A DNA stretch of 63,425 bases, counting the filler, from Licmophora abbreviata (taxonomy: Eukaryota), in assembly GCA_900291995.1 (NCBI GenBank). It is 4 parts of 4 records of this genome, joined end to end, with 100 filler letters (N's around TTAATTAATTAA, not from the genome) between each part and the next. Parts side by side here need not be neighbours in the genome. Positions count along the whole stretch, not along the records: positions 37,707 to 61,369 come from OLMU01001164.1; 3 more parts are not named here. One strand, given 5' to 3'. A program made the translations under genes and the position numbers. The first letter of the stretch is position 1; every line of letters starts with the position of its first letter. Under the pieces are notes generated by a model that saw only the letters and a program-made list of their open reading frames with translations, was not told the origin of the DNA and searched no databases. Below, piece after piece: positions 44,801 through 57,686 of this stretch.

Positions 44801-47800
44801 TATCAAAATCGAGACTGGCTTTCTTCATGTTGAACTCGAAAGCAGTAAGAACGTCGACAGCTTCACTTGGTTTCATGCTGCCTCGCAGAGGCTTATCGTT
44901 CTCCCAGCTGGTCAAGAGCTCGCCAAGACGCTTGGTGCTTGCCTTGTCTTCAGCGACTACCCGGGCCTGTAGCAATGGGATCTGCTGTTCCATACTACGG
45001 TTGCGTCGCTCGAGGATCTGCTCCATATGCTCAAACTGGCCTTTCAGCACGCTAGTCTCAGTCCAGTCTGAACGGAAGTGGAAACGATAGCGCCTCAGAA
45101 GCCGTTCGGACTCGATCAAGCTCTCAAGATCTTGGCTCCAGGGCTTCAGACTCTGTTTCATTTCCTGCACAAAGGTCACACCCAGTACGATGTCGTTCGT
45201 ATTGGATGAGCTCTCCATGGATACCTGTTCCAGTTTCGACTTGGCAGTGTTGATCCTATCATGCAAGCCGTGGACATGCTCCGCAAGCACAGACGCGAAA
45301 GCGGCCTGCAATTCTCTCTGCCACGAATCGTACTTCAAGTTAACCTGCGCCTGGACTTTGTCGTACTTCAGAGTCACCGATCCGAACCGGATGGCCGTAG
45401 GCGACGCATCGAGCGTAGATCGTGCCTCTACTGCTTCCAACAGGAGTGCTCGCCACTGATCGATATCCTGACCGACCGACGCGGCTACTTCAGACACCTG
45501 CGTGTCCCAGAGCGTTTGGTATGCCATCCACTGATCGACGAACGATGAAAGACGTATGACGTGCTTCTCAACAGTATCGTATGCGCCCTTGACCTTCTCT
45601 GGCGCCACCTTGTGGATGAGATAATCGAATGTTGCCGTTTCTTCGGCCTCGGGTGTCGACTTTCCAGTTCGACTGTCGAATACTTCGAATCGACCACTTC
45701 GTGGTCGAGGTAGATTGCACACGACGCCTACGAAGTCATGTAGCTCTTTCAAGAACAAGGAGTGAACTGACGGCACAGCAGGCTCAGCTGAAATTTCCTG
45801 GTTGCGAAGCAGAATCTCAACGCTGATGACAGGGATATTGACCTTGGGGAGCTGGCGAGATCCGGCAGAGGTATCTGTTTCGGCCTGGTCTCCGTTGTCG
45901 TCAGTCAGCTCTTTCAATTCCTTGCCCCCACCAAGCTCTTCAACTGAAAATGTTTTGTTCCACGCCAGTAGAGCTTCCTCCAGCCTCGTAGTGAGGACTG
46001 ATCCCATACGATCGTCGATGACACCGACCCAGGAGGACAGGTCCGCATATCCACTGAGCGACATTTCGTCGATTGACTTCTGAATGCTCTTGAGGATACC
46101 TTGGAATCTGCTGGCGTCGTACTCGACACGCTCCAAGAGATTCAATGCGATCCCGACCTTGTCGCAGGCGCGGAGAAGCTGCTCCACGCGATCTTCGAAT
46201 TTGGTCACCAGGTCTGTGAGTCGGGGCACCCATTCTGCCATTTCCTTGGTATCCCAGCGCACGCGTCGCTTTTTTGAGACAGCCCTGAGCGTGTCCAACT
46301 TGACGTCAAACGCCTCGGCAACACATTCTCGAATGTCGACCAAGTGCGGCATTACTAGTGGCTCTAACTCTGGCGTCACGAGCGCACGCACAGCGGCGTA
46401 CGAGCGAAGAGCAGTCTTGAGGGCAATGGCATGGGGATAGCGGCCCATGGCTTCCTCTGACACAAGCGTCAGAGTCTTAGGAACGTCGCGCTCAAATCCC
46501 AACCACTTCAAATGACGGATTTCGCGAAAGAGAAGTTCGTTCTTTTCGTCAAAGTTTACCTTTGCCACCAACTTGCCATCCCGACCTTCCGGTTCGACAA
46601 GAATTGGGTAAGAGTGAAGGCGCGTGCTAGTCGTCGACGCCAATTCCTTCTCCCAGTCCATCACCCAAGAGCGAAAGAAGGCGCGTGCATCGAGTTTTGC
46701 AAGGAGCTCGTCTCCAGAACGCCGCAACTGCCGCCCTTCAATCTGCTGCCCCCAATTCTCGCCCAGCACGTCACTCATGCGCTTCATGAGCGTGTGAACC
46801 TGACGTTCCATCTGTTTAGCCCACAAGATCTTTCCAGCAACCGGGGGAATGCCGCGGAGGCGAGAGATACGTGCAGCGCTGGACGCTTCGTACTTGTGAG
46901 TGAACTTGGACTGCAGCTTTTCCACCGCTTCTCCGACGGTCGAAATTAACTGAATCTGAAACTCCTTGACAGCAGCTCGGACACGAGTCCGCGTCAAGAG
47001 GGGATTGAAGCGCGCAAATACAGCAAACATGTCCTCAGCGTCCTGTTGAGATACGTGAAAGCCCCCGAGTTAGATAGAAAGCAAAGTTATGCTCCACAAA
47101 AACCATCACACAGAAAACAATTGCCAAACACTCACTTGACACGCCGTCAGCTTGTCTCGCAACAAGTGTGCCAACTTCTCCTCCAACACATCCATCTGAC
47201 GCTCGTATTCCTCCAAAGCCGATTCCAAGGCACTCGTTCCTCCCACACTGAGATCCCACAAATCTAACGACACCAAAATGGTCCGCGGCGCACTCTCCAC
47301 CGCACGCAGTGCCTGCGTTTCCTCTTCACTCTCGCCTTTCAAGACTTGCATCACGACCTCGCGCATGGTCTCATGATTTTGACGAAACTCATGCAAGACC
47401 TCCAGACGTGTCTGCAGGGGCTTGTGGTGAAGCATCAATTCCTTCAAAACTTGAGTTGGCGTCTTTTGCAAAACCAACTTGCGTCGACGTCCTTGTTCCA
47501 AAAAGAAGTCACAGAACTCTTGGTAGCGATCGTCAAACTGCACAAAGATATCCTGTGTCGGGTACCTGACTGACGTTTGATACGTTTCAAAATCCATGGT
47601 CAAAACATTTCCAGGCATCTCCTTCAGTATATCCGCCATTCTTCGCTGTAGCGTAAATGTGCTGGCTTGCAGTAATTTGCTGCAACGTTCCAAATCGTAA
47701 AATCGCGAACTTCGCACCTTTGGAAGATGATCAAAGATTGCATTCATACTGGAAGTGAGCTTGTTGTAATCGCGAGCTGCTTCCAGTGCTGGGGCTGGAT

Positions 47801-48982
47801 AGTTTTTGAGATAGTGACAGACGTCATTTGTGTGTGACAAGGCAGCTTCCAAGCCCGTATTGGACTGCAAGGCGATGGTTGCCAGGAATCGCTTGGCTGC
47901 TTTCAAAAAGTTGATAGTGAGTTCGACCTCAGGTCGTGTCAGCTCTGATTGAATGTGCTGGAGCGCATTTTGCAACTGCGTCCAAAAGGAAATTTCCTCC
48001 AAATCGGCACCATATGTATCACTGGGAAAAGGAGTCGTCGTGCACAATACAGTCACTTTCCGAATCTGCACGATCCATTGCGACACCCCACTCTGAATAT
48101 CATTCAGAAAGTCGTCGTCGTTCAAATTCTGCGCCAATCCAAGCGCCTCCCAATCATAAGTGGACGAGCCGCTGGTATGCAGTTTACTCGCTTCGAGTAG
48201 GACCGCCGCCGGCACTTCGAGCGTAATGTCGGGAATCTGGGACAGCGCACTGCGTCTGTACTGCGAGAGTGCCACATTGAGCTCTCGAATCTTGTGTTGC
48301 AGACCCTGAAAGAGTACCGTTTGCTGCTGTGAGTTAGTGTTGCTACTTTCATCGCCTTCCGTGTTCGATGAAGAGGCCATGGCTGCCTGGACGGCTGGAG
48401 CAAAGCAATGGCGCGTGTAGAGCTGTAACGTATCGAGCGCGGTAGAAGAGGATGATAAAGTCGTCGTCTCCTCCGTTTCACCCTGCGATAGTTCGTCCCC
48501 TCCTCCTCCTTCATCATGAGTGTCTCTTGGTTGAATCGTCATACACTGCAGCACTCCAGAAGAGGGAGTCGAGACAAAGCACAGAGAGCCATGATTCGGA
48601 AATGAAAAGGCTTCGACAGATGCCTTGCAAACACGGGAGTCGCTCTCGATCCACACAAACAAATGGGGTTCCTCATCATTAGCGGCAGCAGTAGTAGTAG
48701 AAGAAGTGTCCTTGGTGATGAGACTCTCGAGAAAAGCATCCAACACCTTCAAACTGGTCTCCTCTTGGACGGTCGTTCCCAGATGCAATTCACATGCCAG
48801 CCTGTTGTTCCAGTTTTAGAAATGACATTTTAAAGAACAGACAAATGAAAGCAAATTAGATACATAAACATACACTTGGAATACAACAACGTCTCAAAGT
48901 AGCATGTACGAACACAGTCAAAATCAACTTGCAAAAATTAAACGTACCGAATGTAATCTTTCGGACTATGCGCTGGGGCCAT
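35837..48982 (-). CDS. DYNC1H1: Cytoplasmic dynein 1 heavy chain; exons 48982-48948, 48801-47136, 47042-41797, then 41716-35837 (interrupted by the assembly gap)
   Basis: AAA1 GPAGTGKTE, AAA2 GPVGVAKS, AAA3 GPPGSGKT, AAA4 GDSGAGKT, stalk/MTBD (SKACGPL), WVMLKNCHL. Introns 48802-48947, 47043-47135 and 41717-41796 restore the frame (MAPAHSPKDYIR|LACELHL; ENLNS|VLDDNK). Confidence 0.96.
37607..37706. other. Assembly gap / artificial linker inside dynein
   Basis: 100 nt of N with TTAATTAATTAA at 37651-37662; the flanks read DPVLNP ... TEDVDYSP, which are near-adjacent dynein sequence. Confidence 0.97.
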
Positions 48983-49366
48983 CGTACTGCTGCGTTCAGA
49001 ATTACAGCAGGGTGCTGTTCTGGTGCGTACGAGTATACTGTAAGCAAGGATAGAGCGAGTAAGCAAGAAGCGACGTCTCTGACGTCCTCCTCTTGCCGAT
49101 GGAGGGGTCGTCGGTGATTTGTGTGATGAAAAAAGATCCCGGCGCGCGCCGCACGAGCTCTTTCTCAAAAGCGAAAGCTCGAATCGAAAAGATACCTTGA
49201 GCCATGTGTGACTCAGCACTCGTGACTGGATGACTGACTCACAATTTTCAATTTTCCAATTCTCGCCACCCATGCAACGACCATGGTGTCGCTTTGTTTC
49301 ACCACAAAGCCGCTGTACTCTGTCTCCCCTCGTTTGTTTAAAAAGTAGAAAGGAAAGTTCAGAAAT

Positions 49367-50142
49367 ATGTACAAGAGGGAAGCAGGCAAGAACCGAAGAT
49401 CAAAAGCGGCAGCACTCATGCTGCTCTGCTTGTCGCTGGTAGCAATTTTGCCGGCAGCGGCGTTTCATTTCAGGTTGCAGAACAAGCAAGCCCCTGCTTT
49501 ACCCTTCTTGTCTTCCTCATCGTTTCATTATCGGGACCACCAAAGACGATCCTTCTCGTCCTCTGCATGGAGCTTGGATTCGTCGTCGGCGTCCATCGAC
49601 AACGAAATGCCAGCCACGACTACGGCCACTAGTCCTACTTCCAAAACTCTCCTTCCTCCTGCTGCAGTCTCAAAACGTCTCTTTCACGACCCATCGTCAT
49701 CATCGTCACGCCCCATCATTCTCTTTGACGGCGTTTGCAATTTGTGCAATGGTGCTGTCAATCTCGCCCTCGACTGGGACCCCGATTTGCCGCCCTGCAA
49801 AGTGAGGTTGGAAGAGCCCTCCTTCAACAGCATGGACGCAATGCGAATGACATTAGCAGTATTGTCGTAGTGACGGAGAACGGAGCCTACACCAAGTCGG
49901 ATGCCATTTTGGAAATTGCGCAAGAACTTTCGCCCCTGCCATTGATGTTCTCACCTGCACCGGCGGTGCAACTGGCCCGACTAGTCGTACCAAAGTTCCT
50001 CCGCGACTTGATATACGATGGTGTGGCCGACAATCGATATCAGATCATGGGCATGAGAGATACTTGTCGGTTGGAGGATGATACTGGTAATGGGCAATTC
50101 GCTGATCGCTTTGTGGATGATGCACTGGCGTATGAAGAGTGA
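49367..50142 (+). CDS. DCC1/DUF393-family thiol-disulfide oxidoreductase, plastid-type N-terminus, frameshifted near 49783
   Basis: IILFDGVCNLCNGAVNLALDWDP lies in one frame; RFAALQS...YTKSDAIL...P.FLRDLIYD.VADNRY lies in another; signal peptide ending AAA-F. Confidence 0.8.
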
Positions 50143-50420
50143 GTTGTTTGTCATGACCGTTGTGAATAAAAGCTGTAGAGACACATAAACTACTGTGGTA
50201 GGTCAAAGAACAGAAGTATACTCTCCTGGCTATGATGTAGTAGAAAAGAGTTTCATATAACAACTGCACGTAAAGCAATCGTTCATATATCCGAAGGGCG
50301 CACGCAATTCGGGATATAAGATCGATTATTCATTGGTAAGCTGCTTTCGTGGACAGCGCAACACAAGCCTAAAATAAAACACAAATTCACCACCACACAC
50401 ATCACAACGCCCTTCGTCGT

Positions 50421-53400
50421 CTACGTTTCATATTCCGAGTTGTTCACCGACTCATCCTTGTCGTCGCCATCATCTTCTTGAAAGCCCACGACCTTCTCTC
50501 GGGCTTCTTCCACATCTTCCGGTGCGTCCTCCTCAAAAACGGCAGCTTCCTCCATGGGAACGCCCGCAGCAACCGGCGTTGCCATCTTTGTGGTGCTGAA
50601 GAATCGACTCTTGGCATCGGAATCCATGCCTACTTTGCCCAACTTGAGAAAGTCGAAATTCAGCATGGTCAGGAGGACCGGCAAGAACCAGCACCCATAA
50701 AAGTACGTGACCGGCATAAGGATAATCAACGGACGGAAGAAGAAGACATCATTGAACTCGAATTTGGTGAATGCAAGACACGCGACACCGATAAGACTGT
50801 AACGTGCAAGATGCCGAAAAGCAAGTGAGCGACAAGACTCGTCTACAAATTCATCAGGTCACACTGCACAAATTCACGAACGCCTCAGACCTACCTGGAT
50901 ACAAATGCCATAAAGGTGGGCAACGTGAGGAACGACATGGCGTGGCGCACGCGAGCCATGGGCGTGTCGATGCGGTTGGGAGCCTTGAGGAATCGATGGG
51001 TAACGTGCACGGAGTACTCCACACTGAAGCCAACCGATAAGACAAAGCTTAGGTCGCTAAACGCCGTCAAAGCGACTCCAGCAAATACACTCAGTCCCAC
51101 GACTGCCACCAGCGAGAGAATGCACGTCATTGCAATCAAGAGGCCACCAGTGAGACTGCCCAAGAAGATCTTCTTGGTGCCATGCACGCCTTCCCACTTT
51201 AGCTTTCCGAACAGGAACAGGAAAGAGACAGCAAAGCCGCACGCAATGGAAAGACCCGAGGCCTCGAGAAGTACATCTTCCACCCAGAGGTACTGCTCCC
51301 AACTGAGAAATGGATCAAAGGGGTGTACAGGATTGTTAGTAAAAGCGACGAAGTATTACCTCCAGAGTGCATTCGTAGTACTTACTAATCAAATGGAATG
51401 CCATTCATCCAGCAACGGGAAGCCTTGTCGTCGTCACAAACGGCACGAGTAGCCTTTATCATGTCCAGAGTTGCCTCATGCGAGTTCATGCCGAAGGCGT
51501 ACAAACTCGGACCCTTCGAAATCGGAACCGGGACAACGACCTCGTCGTCTCTAAGGAACTCGCCCGGACACTGATCGTTCTCGGTCGCGGTAGGCGGATC
51601 ATCTTTGACGACAAGGTCGCCACCACCTCCGGTAAAATTGCTCCATTGACGCAGGCAAAAAGCAAACTTATCGTTCGACCAGCCTTCGAAGACAGGGCAC
51701 CAGCTTCCGTCGCCCGGGTCAAGAGGATCGATGCCAGCATCTTCGAGATCGTCCGGATGCATCTGCGACGATGGCCGACAGACTCCACCCTCGCGAGGAA
51801 GACACGTCTCCACATCTGTCGGGTCCTGGAAGACCTTTTCACGCAACGGCAAGGTGTTCGCCACCCATTTTCCGGAGCAAGTTGTGTCATCCGCGGTAAA
51901 CACCTGATCTCTGCCACACTCTTTCACGTCAGGATCCTCGCGATCAAAGTTGGCCGAACACTGGCGCGTCGTCCACACGGCAAAGTCGGCTATCCAGAGC
52001 TGTTTCGTATCCGTTTCAGCTACGTGTGTCGTGTCAACCACGTCTTCGAACTGCTTTATCATCTTCATCTGGGTGTTTGGGTCGGTATAGTCAATTTCAC
52101 CCCAATTCATGCCGATGCTCCATGAAGCTAGCTCTTCCGTTCGGATGGTAGCCCACGTTCCAGCTTGGTGGTCGTTAGGGAAGAAATCCTAAGGTTCATC
52201 GGGATGCATACAACGATCATTAGCACGGCGCCGAATAATGGAAAAAATGGAATACTTCACCGCACTCTAGAACTCACCTCAAGACCAAGCCCAATCTCCC
52301 GTTCAGTGATGCCCCAAATACCAAAACCAAGCAGGCACGCTGCGACGATCCAAATGAAGAGATGCACGAGGCGATTCCACTTCTTCTCGCTCAACACGAG
52401 AGGCTTGTAAACTCGCTCGTACACAAGAACGTTGAGGCCATGATCTTGCTTAGCATGCATTTCGGTACTGGTAAAGCTCTCGTCCTCTGCCCGTTTCTTG
52501 CACATGCAAACATCATAGCGCCCCTTCAACTGACGACGCATGTCGAGAAAACAGTAGGCAGGGTAGCAGAAGATGACAGTCAAGTAGAGGAATATCACCG
52601 CAATCAATGCGGCTTGAGCCGTTTTGTATACAGCAGGGATGTCGATGATGTTCAAGATCGCAAACATCGACGTATTGACAAGGGACGTCATGGTAACGGG
52701 TACCACCACCTCTTTCATGGCCTGGATGAAGGCATCTTTCGTGTATGCACGCTGCTTCTTGAGTGCGAGGAGAACAATGTACGTGTCATCTACGCCCAAG
52801 CCACTGAAACAAACAATCAATGGAAACGATGGATGTGTTAGCACAAACCAACTGCTGCGCAAAACAAACAAACATTTGACTTGAGCATGTACGTACAGAA
52901 TGACGAATGGCAACGTCCACGCAATGTTGATGTTGACCTGAGTAGCGACAAGAAGTCATGCGAGTTAGGACAGATTCAAGACCGCGTGCAATTCTTTCAT
53001 CATCGATTCCCTCTCACCTTGATTCCACAGATAATCGCCAGTCCGAGTGCCCCGAAGAACGAAAGCACCACCAACGACACGCCAATCAGCGTAATAAAGA
53101 CTCGAGATTCGACCAGATCCGTATCGAACATGAACAAGGCGGAGAATGCTGCGATCAGGATAATCGAAATGGCCGTCAAAGTTCCATTGTCGAGCGTGAT
53201 GTCGTTCAGAAGGCGTCCTGTCGTTCCAATCACGCCAGAGTCTGCCATAGGAGAAAGGATCGCCTGTTAGCAACAATTCATTGTATGAACCACAACAGAC
53301 CCCGTGTCATGTACTCACCGTCGTAAAACCCAACAAACTGCACTTCACCCGCATTGTCATCGTTCCAGCCTTCGGTCCACGTGTCTTCGAAAGCCTCCTT

Positions 53401-55680
53401 GAAGGCCTCGAGAATGTCCTCCGCTTGATCTTCCGTAATATCCACTGGGCCGCCCCACTCTTCCGGACGGTTGCAATTCTTGACGCGATTCACAATATCC
53501 GCCGGTAGCATTGTAGGGAATATACTCTGCAAAACCGCTACCGTCTGCAGTGGATTCGATTGGCTGTATTGGCCCACAGGGGGGACAGCCCCACCGAGCA
53601 GCAGGTTCGTGTCGATAGCCCCAATACTCTCGCCTTCGTCAATGTAGTAGAGCTCCCTCGACGCTCCTTGCAGAATAGCCTGGTCTGATTGATTAAAGTA
53701 AGAGAATCGACTTCCTTTGAGGTCGTAGCCACAGCCCTGTCCTGTCGTCCAAACGTACGGGTCGGCCACGCCTTGCACAAGGTCCAGGAACTGTGGCGAA
53801 TCGATCAATAGATCATACCACATCTTGGCAAAGTGCTGCTGCGTAAAATCTCCGTCTTCTTCAAATGGAACACTGAACTCGGTACACCAATCTTGCGAAG
53901 CACCCGCCAAGACCTGACCAGTAGGCACGTCGAGTTCGGGATTGCCGGTGTTGGTACCAGTCAAATCACCATTGCCACAGTCTAAATTGAAACAGTTGTT
54001 TTTCAAATAACGCATGAGACGACGTGAGTTATTAATATACCTGCACAGTGTATTCCGTCGTGGTCTCTCGATTGTCACTTACGGGACGTCATGGGAGTCA
54101 CACCGGCCAAAAACCAACGGTACACGGGATCCGTCTCCACCAAAGCCGCCCAGTTTTGACCGGGAGTTAGTGGATCAACCGTCGCTCCATTGCTGTAGAG
54201 CGGATTCCACGTCCCTCCCGGCACGGGATTGGTCGGATCAAAGTTCGCAGCATCCAAATACGCGGCCATACTGAGAAGCTGTCCTGCCATGGGCAGACCG
54301 CTTCCGCCCACTGGGCTTGTACCGGCAAATAGGGCACCAGTTCCATTGCCTTCACTCCAAAAGGGGAAGGGATTACCTGCTGTAGTGACACTCGAGAATG
54401 TATTGTCAGCATGCGTCAACAGGGCAGCGACAGCCTCTTCAGGCGTCACCGTCGCAGCACAGTTGGTGGCGTCGCCTTGATTGAGCAACAAGCAGGCATC
54501 CTGAAAGCCTGCCATGAAACCAGCATAATTCTGCACATAACTCTCGGCGCCCAACTGTCCATACAGAGTGCGAGTCACGTAGTACTTGTAGAACTCTTCG
54601 ACTGCAGCACGATCAATCAAGTTGCCTTGCACAATCGTGCCGACTTGCTGTAGCAATCCACCCAGCTGCTGCAGCTCGAGCGGGTCGGTCGTGTTGTCGG
54701 CTTGTTGGATGGTAAAGAGTCGATTCAGTTCAAAGGCCAAAACTTGAAAGACCCCGGTAATGGTGGGCGTCAAGAACTGCATGGTACTTTCGAATTCTTC
54801 TTCGATGCAAATGCGGCACGGATCGTTGAACTCCATATTGCCAATGTCACTAAAGAGCGAGAGAGGATCGGCATATTCGGGCGGGAAGCCATTGGCGACG
54901 GCGTAGGCTTCCGAGGTGCGGAGGGCAAGCGTATGATCGCAGTCGGTACTCCGGGACGTGGCTCCTCCCGCGGAGCTGCAGACTCCTTGGAGGATTCCAA
55001 AGCGAGGAATACGAGGTTTGACGAGAAGCTCCTGGACGACTTCATTGTACCACGTGACACGGCCTTGTTCGTCAAAGAACCAGCGGGCTTCTTGGAAAAA
55101 GTCCATGGGCGACAAGCGTGCGCAGATGAACTTGTAGGCCGTGTTGAGACCGATGCTGTTGGAGCTGCAAAGATCGTTCCAGTGATAGGTGACTCCGTTG
55201 TACTGGATCTGTGCGTGGGGATGAGGGTGAAGTGGTGTCAGTCTTTTCAGTACCGTTTGCACTTTCATGTAGACAAGAAGACTGAATCTGCTGAAAGCAG
55301 GCGGAAAGACGTACCGTCGTGTTTTCCAAGGCCTCCATCCGATCCCTGATTTCATCGAGTCTACTCTCAGTGAACAAGTTCGTCCCATCTCTGGAATTGG
55401 CCATCCCAAGGAAAGCCGTGTATCCAATGGAATCCTTTCCAAACTGGGCCGCATAGTTGGTATCGGCGTGGTACTGTCCATCGGTGCTGATCCAGATGTT
55501 CTTGACTTCCTTTTCGACAAAGTCATCGCGCGTCCAGCCGACGGCTGCCAGGACAATGAGGATGACTGGAAGAATCAGCATGTAGGGCAACGGGCGGCTG
55601 GCCATGGAGCGGAACAGCCATGATCCCTTCTTTTTGGGAGGGGCCGAGGCCGAAGAGCCTGTTTCTTGCTCCGCAGCCAT
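50421..55680 (-). CDS. Patched/NPC1-family (RND) sterol-sensing-domain membrane protein; 9 exons 55680-55315, 55208-54083, 53981-53319, 53241-53018, 52937-52897, 52803-52278, 52188-51386, 51302-50895, 50796-50421
   Basis: All introns are GT-AG and frame-consistent; LPFVILGLGVDD (SSD GxxxDD), PVTMTSLVN, GLGLEDFFP, GIPFDYWEQY, SVGFSVEYSVH, FLPVLL. Confidence 0.9.
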
Positions 55681-56344
55681 GTTCGAAGTTCTGCTTGGAG
55701 TGGATTCGATTCGATTCGATTCAGATGACTTTGAGAGAGCAGAACGAAACGAACGAATCGTGCAACCGGCTTCTGAGAAGTCCCGTATCCTTTTGCAACG
55801 ATTGATTGTGATCGTGTTCTCTTGACACCGCTGTTGCAGTTTTGTGAGTTTTCAGCTGAGGGGTTCTCTTTCTGTGAGGTCATCTCTAATTTTTGAGAGG
55901 TCTACAATCAACTCCGACTGGAGAACTCTTTGAAAGCGTTGAGCCATCTGCCATATGTCGTATTGTTAAGTATATCGTCGTAGTGACTATTCTCAGTTGT
56001 CCATGAGGTTATGTGACAGCTGTTTTATGATAATCGTGTACAAGGCCCTATGCTGTTCTTTAGAGTACTGTCTGTACGTCTATCAGACATGTCACATACC
56101 AGCGGCAGCTCCCATCCACACAAAAAGAACTCCAGACTTCGAGCCTTTCGAAACGCGGTCGACAACAGAACACATTGAACATGGCGTTCGACAACACCAC
56201 ACAGCACCGCGTTGAAGAAGCTGTATCATACGAGTAGTGCGGAGAGCCGAACGAGACAGTGCCACGCTTTGTAGTTCTGTGCACTGCAGGGATCGTATTC
56301 TAGGAGTGTCTGCGATTCGCACGAGGTAGTCCAATCAACAAAAT

Positions 56345-57298
56345 ATGGCCAGTTTAGCGACCGTCGAACACCGCAATCAGGATGCGACCTGCTACGTGGG
56401 AAACTTGGATGCCAATGTGACAGAAGCTCTGTTGCTGGAACTCTTTGTCCAAGTTGGGCGCGTTCAAAACGTTCACATGCCCAAGGACAAAGTCACTCAG
56501 ACCCATAACGGCTATGGCTTTGTCGAATATACCGACGTCCGTGACGCCGACTATGCCATGGTGGTACTCAACATGGTCAAGCTGTTCAATCGACCGATAC
56601 GAGTCAGCAAGAGCAGTCTCAATGCCAAAGCGGAACTAAGTCGGGATGTCGGGGCAAACTTGTTTCTTGGAAACTTGGACCCCAATGATGTCGACGAAAC
56701 ACTATTGTACGATACGTTCTCGGCCTTTGGAACGCTGATTCGACCTCCCAAAATTGCACGAGACGCAGACACCAATCAGGGCAAGGGCTACGGCTTTGTT
56801 TCCTACGAGTCTTTTGAAGCCAGTGACACTGCCATTGACTGTATGAACGGTCAGTATCTATGCAATCGACAGATTGTTGTACAGTATGCATTCAAGAAGG
56901 ACACAATGAACGAGGAAACGGGACGACCGACGGGTGCGCAACCGGAACGACATGGGAGTCAAGCCGAACGCATGCTGGCTCAACAACGCAAGGCACAGAT
57001 GGTTGGAGGTTCAACCACATCTTCATTTGTTCCCAATACACGCTTTGCCAGCTCCACCAACATGCCTGGAATGGGATTGCCCTCATCACTGCCGCCTATG
57101 ATGACGACTGGATTTCCTCCTCCTCCTCCTCCTCCTGGTGGCATGAACATTCCACCGCCTCCGCCCTTGCCTCCGAACGCTGGCGTCAGCATCCCGCCAC
57201 CGCCCCCACCACCATTGCCACCCGGTCTTCCTGGTGCAACCATGCGTCCACCGCCGCCACCTCCGCCACCACCACCACCGCCTCTTCCTCAGAGTTGA
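56345..57298 (+). CDS. SF3B4: Splicing factor 3B subunit 4 (SAP49)
   Basis: [12 protein letters not shown], two RRMs ([16 protein letters not shown]), YAFKKD...[12 protein letters not shown], Pro-rich tail. Confidence 0.96.
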   Translation: MASLATVEHRNQDATCYVGNLDANVTEALLLELFVQVGRVQNVHMPKDKVTQTHNGYGFVEYTDVRDADYAMVVLNMVKLFNRPIRVSKSSLNAKAELSRDVGANLFLGNLDPNDVDETLLYDTFSAFGTLIRPPKIARDADTNQGKGYGFVSYESFEASDTAIDCMNGQYLCNRQIVVQYAFKKDTMNEETGRPTGAQPERHGSQAERMLAQQRKAQMVGGSTTSSFVPNTRFASSTNMPGMGLPSSLPPMMTTGFPPPPPPPGGMNIPPPPPLPPNAGVSIPPPPPPPLPPGLPGATMRPPPPPPPPPPPPLPQS

Positions 57299-57686
57299 GT
57301 TGTTCAACTTGCTACTTTATAGGGATGGCAAACTTGCTGTAGATAGAGCAACTCCTTCGGCATTAATACTAAAATACCAACAGACGAGCAGTTCATGTGT
57401 GCCAATGCTTCCGCACTGTGGTTTATCCCCTGATTCGTTCCATGGCATAGTTCCAGTTTGTGAAGTTGGTACGGTCGCCTTCGTTCCTACGACGGGAATC
57501 CGGAATGTCATGAAATCACACAAACACCACACCATCCCAAAACCAACAGAGCATTGAATCAATCGAATCAATCTTGCGACTGAACCTTTTCACGTTTCAC
57601 GTTCTCACTTCTTCGTCGACCTTCGTCGGCTTTGCATCCTGCGTTGTGTGTCCAGCTGTCATTTCTTGCAGTTTCTGACCTCCATC

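Noticed and set aside
55702..55722. (GATTC)n run; also (GA)n at about 11319-11335
   Set aside because: Short microsatellites in UTR or promoter DNA with no further structure.
57113..57290. CCT/CCG/CCA trinucleotide runs
   Set aside because: They encode the normal polyproline tail of SF3B4.
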